55,428 nucleotides of DNA from an uncultured virus (IMG/VR IMGVR_UViG_3300018892_000001) (Duplodnaviria; Heunggongvirae; Uroviricota; Caudoviricetes), in the IMG/VR virus record IMGVR_UViG_3300018892_000001; one strand, given 5' to 3'. Shown here piece by piece: positions 38,717-48,569 of this stretch (its first letter is position 1; each line of letters begins with the position of its first letter). The notes under the pieces were generated by a model that searched no databases, was not told the origin of the DNA, and worked only from the letters and a program-made list of their open reading frames with translations. Position numbers and translations under genes: made by a program.

Positions 38717-40176
38717 CGTACTCCCTCGGCTGAAGCACGAGGGATTCTCAAAGGATGTTACGAGGCAGGCTGAAGCCGTGCCTCTCCACCCTTTTTCCTG
38801 CTTCGCAGACTCTTAACTAGACCGTTGCCAGTCCCCGTCAGACCGTCTCCACAGGCAATTTCTTCCACGCTGCGTCCCAGCGCAGAGATCCCTCTATTGC
38901 GGATCACTTGTGCTGCTGCCACATCCCGATGGGTTGTGTAGCCGCATTCAGGACAAGCATGAAGCCTGTCGCTTAGTTCTTTCTTTCCGGTATGCGTATC
39001 GCATTGAGGACACACTTGCGAGGTGTAATCCTTATTCACCTTATCGAAGTAAACACCCCGTTTCCAGCACACCCATTGCAGAATTGAAACGAACTGTCCA
39101 AATCCAGCATCAAGGGTATGTTTACCAAGCATCCCTTTTGCCCAAGTGCGGAAGTTGATATCCTCAACAAACAGCATTCCAGCTTCGTCACAAAGTTTGT
39201 GAGCCAACTTGAAATGCCAGTCTTTACGAGTGTCCGCAATGCGCTGGTGCAATCGTGCAATTTTCCGAGTGAGCCTGTGCCGATTATTTGAGCCTTTCTG
39301 CTTGTGCTTCAGCCTGCGTTGCAGCAATGTCAGCTTGCGTTGCAGTTCTTGAAGGAAACGAGGGCGTTCAATCAGCGCTCCATCAGACGTTGCAGCAAAT
39401 TTGTCTAACCCTAAATCAATCCCCCTCGGATGCCCACTAGGGACAGGATCAGGTATATTTACATCACATTCAAGCGTGAACATCAGGAAGTACCCCGAAG
39501 CCTTACGAACCACCCGAACCTGCTTCACGATAAAGCCGTCCGGGATGTCGCGAGACTTGACGTATTCCACCCACCCCAACTGTGGCAATTTGATTTGACT
39601 CCCCTTCAAGAATTGAGACTTACCCAACTGCGGATACACAAATGAGCGCATCCGATATCGGTTCTTGAATCGGGGAAACCCCAGACCTTTGCGCTTCATG
39701 TCGATAAAAGCGGTTTCCAGCTTTCTCAGAACTTGCTGCAACACCTGAGCATTCACAGTTTTAAGTTCTCTTAATTGCTCTTTTGCCAGTGTTAGAGACT
39801 TGGCTTGAGCGTTGTAGTTAGGGTAAGGTTCATCAGCCGAGATGATGTACTCAGAAATGATGGAGCAAGCATTTACCGGACATTTACGAGAATTAATCCA
39901 GTCTTTGCGTTCACGTAAAGCAAAGTTCCAGACTTTTCGACACACCATTAAAGTGTGTTCGATTAGCTGGACTTGCTCATCTGTCGGCATTGCTTTGTAC
40001 TCGTAAGTTAGGGTTAACACTGCTTTCACCTCCTTCTACAAATCATACCCTAGCTTTGTAGAAGTTGAGACAAAGCGTAAATACTCTTACGATTAAACCC
40101 GGACAAACAGAGGGCTAAAGCCCTGAGTTAGCTTTCATCCCCCGGTTGAAACGCGGGGGTTCTCAGCATCTTTTCG
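38713..40176 (-). mobile_element. IS200/IS605-family element lacking tnpA
   Basis: tnpB with hairpins CCCTCG-N-CGAGGG (38722-38742) and CCCC-N-GGGG (~40139-40159); right end TCAA; putative target TTAT at 40177-40180. Confidence 0.8.
38758..40029 (-). CDS. tnpB: TnpB RNA-guided endonuclease (IS200/IS605)
   Basis: YEYKAMPT HTH, GIDLG, VEDI, TSQVCPQC/CPECG, HRDVAAA. Confidence 0.94.
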   Translation of the reverse strand: MKAVLTLTYEYKAMPTDEQVQLIEHTLMVCRKVWNFALRERKDWINSRKCPVNACSIISEYIISADEPYPNYNAQAKSLTLAKEQLRELKTVNAQVLQQVLRKLETAFIDMKRKGLGFPRFKNRYRMRSFVYPQLGKSQFLKGSQIKLPQLGWVEYVKSRDIPDGFIVKQVRVVRKASGYFLMFTLECDVNIPDPVPSGHPRGIDLGLDKFAATSDGALIERPRFLQELQRKLTLLQRRLKHKQKGSNNRHRLTRKIARLHQRIADTRKDWHFKLAHKLCDEAGMLFVEDINFRTWAKGMLGKHTLDAGFGQFVSILQWVCWKRGVYFDKVNKDYTSQVCPQCDTHTGKKELSDRLHACPECGYTTHRDVAAAQVIRNRGISALGRSVEEIACGDGLTGTGNGLVKSLRSRKKGGEARLQPAS

Positions 40177-40351
40177 ATAAAAAGTTGCCAATAAGCGATC
40201 GCACACCCTTCCTTCCATCACAACCGACAAACCCACCGAAGCTGCATTCGGTGGGCTTTTGCTTTCATCACGGAGAACCGTGACGATGAAAAGTCACTTT
40301 TAAACTTTAGTACTTCGTTATAATACATATAGACGTTATTTAAAGCAAATC

Positions 40352-40882
40352 ATGAATTGGTCAATAAAGAACACTGTTGCTGAATCCCTTCGGCTACCAG
40401 TAGGAGAAAGGTTTTCCCCTGGAGGCTTCAGATGTGAGGATATGCCCGATATGACAGAAGAAGCGGCAGAATACCTAATTAAAAAGGATTGGGAAGGTGA
40501 AGTTAGAACACAATCAGAAATAATAGTTATTGCTCGATTATTAGGAGCATTTGAAGGATATATCGATTTCTTGTTAGTCCCAAACCCTGAAACTATTACA
40601 CCTCAACCAAAGAGTAGTAAAGATCCTCTTGGGAGCGTAATGGGAGAAAAAAGACAGTTACTGGCGCATCAAATTATTAAAAGATGGCAGCCTTTATTTG
40701 GCTCAGGATGCTTTCCAGATGCCAGGTTTATGGCTGATCTAATTGACGAATATATTCGGATTGATGAACAGGGCTTACTAAGTGAGATTCTTACTGGTAG
40801 AGCCTTTGAAGATGTCCCGAATTGGTTGATTCTACACCACCTCTGCGAAGTGGCACGAGTTTACTACTCAAAACACAGGTAA
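40352..40882 (+). CDS. Hypothetical protein
   Basis: 176 aa; CGTTATAAT promoter box, AAAGCAAATCATG leader, hairpin at ~40903-40935. Confidence 0.8.
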   Translation: MNWSIKNTVAESLRLPVGERFSPGGFRCEDMPDMTEEAAEYLIKKDWEGEVRTQSEIIVIARLLGAFEGYIDFLLVPNPETITPQPKSSKDPLGSVMGEKRQLLAHQIIKRWQPLFGSGCFPDARFMADLIDEYIRIDEQGLLSEILTGRAFEDVPNWLILHHLCEVARVYYSKHR

Positions 40883-40971
40883 TAACTTCGCGATCACTTG
40901 AAATAACCCCCCGAAAATATTTTTCGGGGGGTTATTTTTTTCGCCACGGTTCTCCGTGATGAACAACACAA

Positions 40972-41202
40972 CTACCAAAACTCATTGCCAACAGGTGACC
41001 CCCAATCCGTTGGTCTATGGCAATTCTCTGGGGTCACTCCCTCTAATAACTCTTCCAACGTATAGCTCGGCACTTGAGATTTTTTAATCTCAACCAATGT
41101 TACCGATTCAACTTCTCGCAGCATTGCCGCGATTTGTGAGCTAATCTGTTGAGGAAACTCCGATTCAACACAGACCTTAATAATCAAAGTTGTTTCTGCC
41201 AT
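40972..41202 (-). CDS. Protein with MazE-antitoxin-like C-terminus
   Basis: YTLEELLEGVTPENCH...DWGSPVGNEFW matches the MazE/ChpAI C-terminal pattern; no toxin gene adjacent. Confidence 0.6.
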   Translation of the reverse strand: MAETTLIIKVCVESEFPQQISSQIAAMLREVESVTLVEIKKSQVPSYTLEELLEGVTPENCHRPTDWGSPVGNEFW

Positions 41203-41253
41203 GAGGCGACTTCCCTCTTAACAATAAAGCAATTGTAGCAATCAATTAATGCG

Positions 41254-44124
41254 ATGCCCTATTCTCGTCGAGTCTATGACCTGCTCCCCATTTTTGCGAG
41301 AATGGTGGATGAAGAACGCGGACTATTGCGCCATATTTGCGACTGGGGCATCCAGCCGGAACTGGATGAACTCTATTCCAAAATCCAGCTTCAAGAGTAC
41401 TTCTACAATCCAGACCACCCTGCGAGTTGGGGACATCTAGACTGGCTTGGGCAATTTGTCGGGCTTGGCATCCTAGACGGGCATTGGCTCGGAGTCGGAC
41501 TTAAGCCCAGTTGGTCGATCGCCACAAAAGTCGATGTTATTAAGCGGGCATGGAATTACTGGCAGATTAAGGGAAGTGAGGCAGGTATTCGGGAGGCGAT
41601 CACAATGTGGCTGCGCTTCCAGGATAAAAGTCGCCTCATCCTCCACCTTCCCTTTGGCACGATTCCGACGGATGAACCACCCAACTGGCACGGATGGAAT
41701 ACTCCTTATGATATTTCCCTCAACCAAACTTTTCCTGAGAAGCAGCGGATGGGTTGGGGGAATTATTGGGGCAATCATCACCAGCCGGACTACTATACCC
41801 TGCAAGCCGATTGGGAGTGGGAGTGGGGACAGTTAGTTGATTCCGGTGGGGGCGACTACGCGGGGGAACCCTGGCAAGACAGGGCAAATGAGGATGGAGA
41901 AATTGTCCGCGAACTCGACTATGTAGCGCCGCCTGATATTTACATGGAACGCTCACGCCTGGGCGATCGCGAACTATGGATGCATTTTTATCTCAAGGAG
42001 TCTGAGTGGAACCGCATCTTCCCTGATATCTTTGAGCTAAATCTTGAAACTATCCCCATAACCACAACTGCTTCTGTATTTGGTTGGCTCCAAGGAATCC
42101 GGCAACCTGCCATTCAACCATTAATCCAAGCTCCTCAGTCGATTGAGGACATGACGGTAACGGAGATTGAGTTTGATGGGATGCAGTGGGGGCAGCTACT
42201 GGCAACCGAGGGTTGGGTACTGCCGGGGGGCGCCTGGGCTTATGCCGGAACTTTATGGCCTTTTGATGTTGCCGACCCCTACACGACGATAGAAACAGTA
42301 GAGTCCAAAATTGAGTGGGGCGTGTGGGAACCGGAACTGTGGGATGGGCAGCCGTGGGGAGCGGTGATTGGAGAAGCTGTAAATCATGAATCTCTCTCAA
42401 TTTTCTTAGATGATTTACAGCCGATGCCGACCCTGAAAGGTGAGACGTTGAGCATTGAGACGAGGGACTTGCCTTATTACTCAGAGGCTGCCCCTAATTA
42501 CTGGTACGCTCCCTGGGAAGAGCGAATAATAACTGAAACGGTTACGGTGCAGCATCCTGGGACTGGGTGCTTGGAGGGCATTCCAATTAAGTTTGATTCC
42601 ACTCCCGACATCCTGACTATATCTTTAGGGCGATCGCTCTCCCAAGTGACGAACCAGCTATTTGTCCCCTATGAGGAACCGGGGGAACCCAGGGTCGTTC
42701 CAAACGACTCAGTAGAAACACTGAGTATCAGCATTCCTCGCCCTGATTCTGGAGGATTCACTAATGCCTCCGCGCAGGTTCAGACGGTGGAGAGTGGGAT
42801 CTGGATGGATGCCTTATTTTTTGATATGGGAGGAACTGTTGAGCCACCATTTGCTCCTGCCTACGTAGAACGAAGTATGCCGATTGATGGCTTTGACTTG
42901 GGAAATGTCGAGGGATTCCAGCCGGGAAGAACCCAAGGAAATTACCCTATCCCACCTGGATTTGAGGAAGCGGTGATTATTGAAAATGACTTTTTCTCGC
43001 ACTCCTCCCTTGAGGGAGAAACCTTAAGTGCAGGGGATCTGACCGACTTGATAATCCCGACAACACGCACACAGATGGAGATGGTAGAGCCAGTTGGTAT
43101 TGCAACCTATGGCGGTGAGTACGAGGAGTATTCGTACTACTACGATTCTGGCTTTACTGGGGATATCAGTGAGGTAGCTATCCCAATGCAGACACTGAGC
43201 ATCAACACCTCTCAATGGGCGGCTGTCGAGACACTCTCCGCTACACCGGAGGTTGACGGGTATCTGTGCAATGTTTTTGCCGGATGGAGCACCCTAACCC
43301 CGACGAGCATTAATCAGTACAAGGTGGAACCGGAAGGGGAGGATAGCTCAATATTTGAAGCCTATCCCCTACTTGCCCAAGCCATTGATGGGGAAAGCTG
43401 GAAGTTGCTGGTAGAGACAGAAGAAGAATTCTATATCCTTCAACCTGTAACGATGTTCTGGAAGGAACGGGGGCGGCAAATTCCGATTGGGAAGGAAGTA
43501 AGGCGATCGCAAATCTTCTCGTTTGAGGAAGGGATGACGGACTTGTATTTGGAGTTTGTCTTCCAGCCAAAAGTTGACACCTACATTCACTCTGCCTCGC
43601 TGTCGTTGGCGGGTAAGCTGATCCAGCATCAAAACTACTACTACAAACTCAACGCGCCCGACGAGGCGTATATTGGGTTCGTTTTTGATGTGCCGTTCCG
43701 GTTGCCGAGTGGCGCCGGTTCACCGCAAGAGGAAGTACTACTCGAAGAAATTCTGCCCAACTTAACCCAGGAGCTATTACAGCTTGCTGGATTACCTACT
43801 AACTCTGGGTTAGTACCTACGCCTGTGATTACTACCTTGCCGACTGAGCCTGTTGTTTCCCCCGAAAGTTTGACAGATATCTTGCGATCGCTTCGTGATT
43901 TGATCCGTGAAAAAGGTGGAGATAAGCACTTCCCGTTCACAATTGAATTGCCAAGTACAGATGTGGAAATTGTCCATAATTTGGGCAAGTATCCGTCTGT
44001 GACGTTCATAGATACTGTTGATGGCGAAGGTAATAAGTCTTACGGAGATGTTAGATACATTGACCGAAATACGATTGTTATTTCGTTCTCTGATCCAACT
44101 ATTGGGCGAGTGTTCTGCAATTAA
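41254..44124 (+). CDS. Baseplate/tail protein (P2 gpI-like N-terminus)
   Basis: YDLLP..., LDWLGQFVG...W.....IKRAW.YWQIKGSEAGI; acidic body; C-terminal HNLGKYPSV...DRNTIVISFS module. Confidence 0.65.
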   Translation: MPYSRRVYDLLPIFARMVDEERGLLRHICDWGIQPELDELYSKIQLQEYFYNPDHPASWGHLDWLGQFVGLGILDGHWLGVGLKPSWSIATKVDVIKRAWNYWQIKGSEAGIREAITMWLRFQDKSRLILHLPFGTIPTDEPPNWHGWNTPYDISLNQTFPEKQRMGWGNYWGNHHQPDYYTLQADWEWEWGQLVDSGGGDYAGEPWQDRANEDGEIVRELDYVAPPDIYMERSRLGDRELWMHFYLKESEWNRIFPDIFELNLETIPITTTASVFGWLQGIRQPAIQPLIQAPQSIEDMTVTEIEFDGMQWGQLLATEGWVLPGGAWAYAGTLWPFDVADPYTTIETVESKIEWGVWEPELWDGQPWGAVIGEAVNHESLSIFLDDLQPMPTLKGETLSIETRDLPYYSEAAPNYWYAPWEERIITETVTVQHPGTGCLEGIPIKFDSTPDILTISLGRSLSQVTNQLFVPYEEPGEPRVVPNDSVETLSISIPRPDSGGFTNASAQVQTVESGIWMDALFFDMGGTVEPPFAPAYVERSMPIDGFDLGNVEGFQPGRTQGNYPIPPGFEEAVIIENDFFSHSSLEGETLSAGDLTDLIIPTTRTQMEMVEPVGIATYGGEYEEYSYYYDSGFTGDISEVAIPMQTLSINTSQWAAVETLSATPEVDGYLCNVFAGWSTLTPTSINQYKVEPEGEDSSIFEAYPLLAQAIDGESWKLLVETEEEFYILQPVTMFWKERGRQIPIGKEVRRSQIFSFEEGMTDLYLEFVFQPKVDTYIHSASLSLAGKLIQHQNYYYKLNAPDEAYIGFVFDVPFRLPSGAGSPQEEVLLEEILPNLTQELLQLAGLPTNSGLVPTPVITTLPTEPVVSPESLTDILRSLRDLIREKGGDKHFPFTIELPSTDVEIVHNLGKYPSVTFIDTVDGEGNKSYGDVRYIDRNTIVISFSDPTIGRVFCN

Positions 44125-44193
44125 AACTAAGGTTGCAAAATGTTACGATAATAGTACGCCCCTATCGGGCAACATTCTATTCAAAGCAAAACT

Positions 44194-45174
44194 ATGAACA
44201 CAAGAAAAAGATTTGATGCGGTTATTCAATACGAAGATCGTGTTGAATACCGAGATGAGTACTGGTTAGTAATTGACGGGAAAATTGCAAGCCGTAGATT
44301 TTATGAAGGAGTCTGTGAAAGCGGTCTTACACCCTTAGAAGTAACGACTGCAATAAACGCAGCCCTTGCATCTGTGGGTTCCAAAGCCCTGACTTTTGAA
44401 ACCTTAGATTGGACAGAAAAGATAAACGATGCCGCCCAATACTTTGGGTGTGATGAGCGAACTGCGCTTGAAAAATTGCTGGAAGAACGCAATGCGGCAA
44501 CAATCAATGAAGTCGAGAAGGTAACTCCAGAAAAAGTATCAGAAATGGAACTTGCTGTGAAGATCGTCTTCACAGATCCAATCCAGGATACGGAAAAAGT
44601 AATGCAGAACGTCTGCGACGCTTTAAAGTATCAAGTAGAGTATGGATTGGGGTTAGTTGCTGAGGACGAAGAAGAAGGTTGCACCCAAACTGTTGTTGCG
44701 GCATTCCAAGGTAAGGAATATCTTGCCCTAAACTATCGACCAACGCCAAAATTGTTGACTGACGAAGAGTATCTGAGGCTCTCTCGTCTCTTTTTCGGTA
44801 CAACTAAGCCAACAGCAAGACTGTTCCGATTCCACCCTGGAACAGCCGAGCTAATGAAAAGAGCGGATCGTTACAGGGATGCATTGCAATCTTTAGAATA
44901 CGAAGAGTTCTGCCGAACTCTGTCGGAGCTAACTAGCACCCCGCAGCCTTTCACTGTAGACGGGCTGACGGCAAACTGGAATGTTGTTTACCACTATGTA
45001 AACAATCCCCAACAATCGTCTCTTCTTCTTGTAGAGATATTAGAAGCCGCTAACGCAATCGTTGATCTTCCGATTACACCTGAAGTAATTGACTCACTGG
45101 ATATCAGTGAACAAGCGAAGGTTGAATTGGTTGGTAAAGGGTTGGCAATTATTTGGTTTAAAACCCAGATTTGA
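44194..45174 (+). CDS. Hypothetical protein (local paralog family)
   Basis: AAAGCAAAACTATG leader; contains the KIVFTDPIQ module. Confidence 0.8.
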   Translation: MNTRKRFDAVIQYEDRVEYRDEYWLVIDGKIASRRFYEGVCESGLTPLEVTTAINAALASVGSKALTFETLDWTEKINDAAQYFGCDERTALEKLLEERNAATINEVEKVTPEKVSEMELAVKIVFTDPIQDTEKVMQNVCDALKYQVEYGLGLVAEDEEEGCTQTVVAAFQGKEYLALNYRPTPKLLTDEEYLRLSRLFFGTTKPTARLFRFHPGTAELMKRADRYRDALQSLEYEEFCRTLSELTSTPQPFTVDGLTANWNVVYHYVNNPQQSSLLLVEILEAANAIVDLPITPEVIDSLDISEQAKVELVGKGLAIIWFKTQI

Positions 45175-45238
45175 GGCTAACAAAAGGTAAGGAATATCTT
45201 GTCGCCAACTATCGACCAATCCAACAAGAGGACAAAAC

Positions 45239-45466
45239 ATGGATAACCCAAGAGTATCAAAAGTAAAAATCGAGCTGCAAATTGACTTTACAGATCCTGT
45301 TGAAGGCGCGGAACAAGTGATGGAAGGCACTTGTGAAGCACTCCGAAAGCTATTGCAAGAGCGTGGGCTAATTCTTGATGAAATAGAAATCGGTACAATG
45401 GATTTTCGCGAATCGGGGAAACATACCTCGATATGGCAGTTAAACACTAAGCCCTCCGAAAATTAA
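45239..45466 (+). CDS. Hypothetical protein (local paralog family)
   Basis: IDFTDPV..AEQVM...CEAL; AGAGGA RBS. Confidence 0.7.
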   Translation: MDNPRVSKVKIELQIDFTDPVEGAEQVMEGTCEALRKLLQERGLILDEIEIGTMDFRESGKHTSIWQLNTKPSEN

Positions 45467-45589
45467 GCCGATCACGCTTAAAAACAAACCCGCCTAAGTA
45501 ATCATTTGGGCGGGTTTTGTATTTGCATAAATGTTAAAATCAAAGTATGGCTACAAGCCTAATTAGTGCAGCCTTTTTAAAGCAAAACT

Positions 45590-46186
45590 ATGAGCGAACC
45601 AAAAGTATCGGAAGCGGAAATTGTAGGAATGGAAGTTGTTGTGAAGATCGTCTTCACAGATCCAATTCAGGCTCATAATACGGGTGAAGTCTTGGAGCAT
45701 ATTACTCAAGCTCTCCAACGTGAGATAGCTAATTGCGGACTTACTCCTGATGACGAAGAATCCTCTGTCGAGAGTGTTTCCTTGGAATACTCAGGAAGTA
45801 AAACCCTTGTGTGGAGTTGTTCTAGTTCTACTGAAAATATCGAAGATGCCAACGAAAAAAGTTTTAGCATCCCAGCCGAAGCGTACTCGGATGATTGTCT
45901 TGTAAAGATAAAATTTGACGCAGTGGACTACATCAAAAATGCTGATGTAGAAGCATTACAAGCCTTAATAAATTGTGGTTGGGGTGGTGACTACCCAGGC
46001 GATTATGTCGCTAAATATTACGAAGATGGGGTACTCAAACCCCTATTCGACTACCTTGACTCCATTAAGGACATCCACTCTAAAAAAGATCAGCGTGGCT
46101 TTGAGTGCTACGTAGATGGGTACCAAGCACAGAAGTGGCTAGCAGCTAATCGCCTCGAAGTATTCAATAAATTGAGTCCCTTCTAA
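45590..46186 (+). CDS. Hypothetical protein (local paralog family)
   Basis: AAAGCAAAACTATG leader; KIVFTDPIQ module; WGGDYPGDYVA. Confidence 0.8.
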   Translation: MSEPKVSEAEIVGMEVVVKIVFTDPIQAHNTGEVLEHITQALQREIANCGLTPDDEESSVESVSLEYSGSKTLVWSCSSSTENIEDANEKSFSIPAEAYSDDCLVKIKFDAVDYIKNADVEALQALINCGWGGDYPGDYVAKYYEDGVLKPLFDYLDSIKDIHSKKDQRGFECYVDGYQAQKWLAANRLEVFNKLSPF

Positions 46187-46274
46187 ATTGAAGTGGAGCA
46201 AATATTCGAGGACTGAAGATTTATTTAGCGATCGCGTTGCCTCTACTTAGGGTAGAATGACCCTGAGAAAACCA

Positions 46275-46315
46275 ACAAAGCCCGTCGGGTGATTTATTCA
46301 CTCGACGGGCTTTGT
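46275..46315. terminator. Long hairpin related to 35003
   Basis: ACAAAGCCCGTCGGGTGA-tttat-TCACTCGACGGGCTTTGT. Confidence 0.65.
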
Positions 46316-46782
46316 CGTATTACAGAGGTTTTTACGCTGTGCCTCGTTATTCCAATACACTCGAAGTCCGCTTTAATGTAGTCGAGGAGCATCGCTGGGA
46401 AGTTTACCAGGAGATGCCCAGCGTTGCTCAGTTGGGTGCCAGTGAGGCTCTCAAGCGCGACGGCTGGGTCTTTTTTGTCCGAGACAGCGATCGCATCGTT
46501 CCGTATTATTTCGATGCCAGTAGCCTAACTATTTACCCATTTACAGGCAATGTTGTCGTTGCCCCTCGGAAACTTAGGACACGCATCGGCAATGGGACAG
46601 ATCGAGAATTTATCGTTAACCACGGGTTCAACTCTTTGGATGTTGATGCGTCGGCATGGGAGTTTGTCGCAACTCGTAGGTACAGAATTGAATGTAATAT
46701 CTTTAAGGTAGATGAAAATAGTATAGGTTTTGAGTTTTCCGAGCCGCCGACACAGGATGCTATCGAAGTTTTGATCGGTTAG
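46312..46782 (+). CDS. Probable virion protein (start uncertain)
   Basis: IGNG...FIVNHGFNS.DV...DENSIGFEFSEPP module like the C-terminus of 41254-44124. Confidence 0.6.
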   Translation: MSYYRGFYAVPRYSNTLEVRFNVVEEHRWEVYQEMPSVAQLGASEALKRDGWVFFVRDSDRIVPYYFDASSLTIYPFTGNVVVAPRKLRTRIGNGTDREFIVNHGFNSLDVDASAWEFVATRRYRIECNIFKVDENSIGFEFSEPPTQDAIEVLIG

Positions 46783-46792
46783 ATTAAGGCAC

Positions 46793-46831
46793 AAAAAAAG
46801 CCCCCACCAGGATTTCCTGGTGGGGCTTTTT
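46793..46831. terminator. Bidirectional terminator ending the ribozyme operon
   Basis: AAAAAAAGCCCCCACCAGG-attt-CCTGGTGGGGCTTTTT. Confidence 0.85.
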
Positions 46832-46866
46832 AATATTTAGTGCCTGTTATTTGGCTTCAAAAAAGT

Positions 46867-47850
46867 TTAAGCACTGGCTACAGTTTTCTTAATTACTGTA
46901 AGAACTTCTTCGGGGGAGAGTAGAGATGCATATCCCTGTTCACTTCCTCCTACTTCAGAGTTCCCACCCCAACGCTTCTCAACCTCTTCCTCTCCCCGCT
47001 TTTGGGATTCAAGGAAATTGAGTTCGTCAAAGACAGCTTGAGAATTCCAAGTCGCCTCTGGCGAATAGCGGCCAATAGTGTACTTGAGATGTGGCTCAAA
47101 TTTGCCATTCGCCGTAAATTCGGGGTTGTATGCGATCGCATACTTGCCGAAGCGGTAGGCATAACCTGTCGCCCCAATATGCGCTGATTCTACGACAGCG
47201 ATGTCGCCATCAACGGCAATGAGTTTGGATGCCTTGAATGCATCCATTTTTGTTTTGATGCCCTTTTCGCGGCTACCCTCTGGTTCAACACCAGCGATAA
47301 GCCACTTCAGGACATTTACAACCTTTTGCTTAACTCCGACAGAATCGACTGCTCGTTCACGCACATAGGAGTGCATGGCAATTAGCGGATCTTTCTGGAG
47401 TTTTTCTGCATACTCCTCTGAAGACATTTCTGTCTGTGATTCTCGTACCCAGCCCCCCTTGTCGGATTTGTCCACAAGGGCAATTCGTTGAACGAAATCT
47501 CCATCAGGCTGGACACCCAGCTCATCAAAGCTTAACTGTCCATGCTTTTTAAGGAGGACTGCGGCGGCGCAGTACGCATCCAGATCTTCTTTGCCGATAA
47601 ATACGGCACTGTCATGAGGTACTCGCCAGAAATGTCCGTCTGTGAACATTTCGATGGCAAAGGCCGCCGCGCTATATGGCTTATTACTTCCATCATGCTG
47701 AGGATCGATATTGAAATCCAAGGCATCAACTGCCCAAGGATAGGCTTCGGCTCCAAAGCATAAGCAGTCATATTCCTTCTTGATGCGCTCAATGAGAGCG
47801 ACATCTTCGGCTTGATTGCGGGGGTTTAGGACGTAGAATGTAATGCTCAT
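46867..47850 (-). CDS. Hypothetical protein (operon gene 10; weakly DHH/phosphoesterase-like)
   Basis: Start reassigned to the ATG after AGCAAAACCC; IDPQH, EDLDAYCAA, WGG....GGS motifs. Confidence 0.75.
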   Translation of the reverse strand: MSITFYVLNPRNQAEDVALIERIKKEYDCLCFGAEAYPWAVDALDFNIDPQHDGSNKPYSAAAFAIEMFTDGHFWRVPHDSAVFIGKEDLDAYCAAAVLLKKHGQLSFDELGVQPDGDFVQRIALVDKSDKGGWVRESQTEMSSEEYAEKLQKDPLIAMHSYVRERAVDSVGVKQKVVNVLKWLIAGVEPEGSREKGIKTKMDAFKASKLIAVDGDIAVVESAHIGATGYAYRFGKYAIAYNPEFTANGKFEPHLKYTIGRYSPEATWNSQAVFDELNFLESQKRGEEEVEKRWGGNSEVGGSEQGYASLLSPEEVLTVIKKTVASA

Positions 47851-47890
47851 GGGTTTTGCTTGATCACGGAGAACCGTGACGATAGTTTTT

Positions 47891-47943
47891 GCTCCCTCAC
47901 TATTTTTCACCCAGGCTTGGGACTGGCGTCGGCTAGTTTAAGC
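47891..47943 (-). ncRNA. Twister ribozyme (type P1), Tw1
   Basis: GCU U^AA ACUA GC CGACG CCAG UCCCAAGC CUGG GUGAAAAA UAGU GA GGG AGC; P1, P2, P4, T1 (CCC/GGG) and T2 (GC/GC) all form. Confidence 0.9.
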
Positions 47944-47983
47944 GGCTCCCCCAAGGGGAGCCTAACTTTCATTAAACTGAGAT

Positions 47984-48472
47984 TTACTTTGATAACTTAT
48001 TTACCCATTGAAGCTGTGGGTTTTGCTCTCTAAAGGCAGAATCCCATTTATATCGCCCCATTTCTGGATGGTATGGAAAGTCATTTTCCCACCACACAGA
48101 GATACATTTTTTTAGCGATTCTAAGGTTATCATTCCTTCTACTGATGGAACACTATACCCAGAAGCCGCAGATGACTGTATTTGGGAACAAGGTATTGCT
48201 TTGAAATTAATTCCCCGCTCTAAACATCGCGAGATAATTTCCCCTAAAGCAAATATGGAATCTCTTCCAAAATCTAAAGATAGGCAATTTTGAGATTCTT
48301 GATATCGAACCTGAGAAGTGTAACTAAGAAGACTGCTATCTGGTAACTGTGTCGCAGTTCCATGATAATCGTCGTCTTCGTCTATTTTGGGAGCAAACGA
48401 GGGAAATACCTGAAATACTGCTTCTTTCGCTAGCTCTGAATTTTCTAAGAATAAAAATCTGGCTGAAAACAT
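47984..48472 (-). CDS. Hypothetical protein (operon gene 9)
   Basis: 162 aa; GCAAAACCATG leader. Confidence 0.8.
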   Translation of the reverse strand: MFSARFLFLENSELAKEAVFQVFPSFAPKIDEDDDYHGTATQLPDSSLLSYTSQVRYQESQNCLSLDFGRDSIFALGEIISRCLERGINFKAIPCSQIQSSAASGYSVPSVEGMITLESLKKCISVWWENDFPYHPEMGRYKWDSAFREQNPQLQWVNKLSK

Positions 48473-48492
48473 GGTTTTGCATTATAAATTTT

Positions 48493-48544
48493 GCTCCCTC
48501 TGCATTTTTATCCAGGCTGGGGACTGGCATTGGCTGCATTAAGC
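48493..48544 (-). ncRNA. Twister ribozyme (type P1), Tw2
   Basis: GCU U^AA UGCA GC CAAUG CCAG UCCCCAGC CUGG AUAAAAA UGCA GA GGG AGC; nearly colinear with the well-studied Oryza Osa-1-4 twister; P2 covaries with Tw1. Confidence 0.93.
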
Positions 48545-48569
48545 GGCTCCCAAGGGAGAGCCTTTACAT

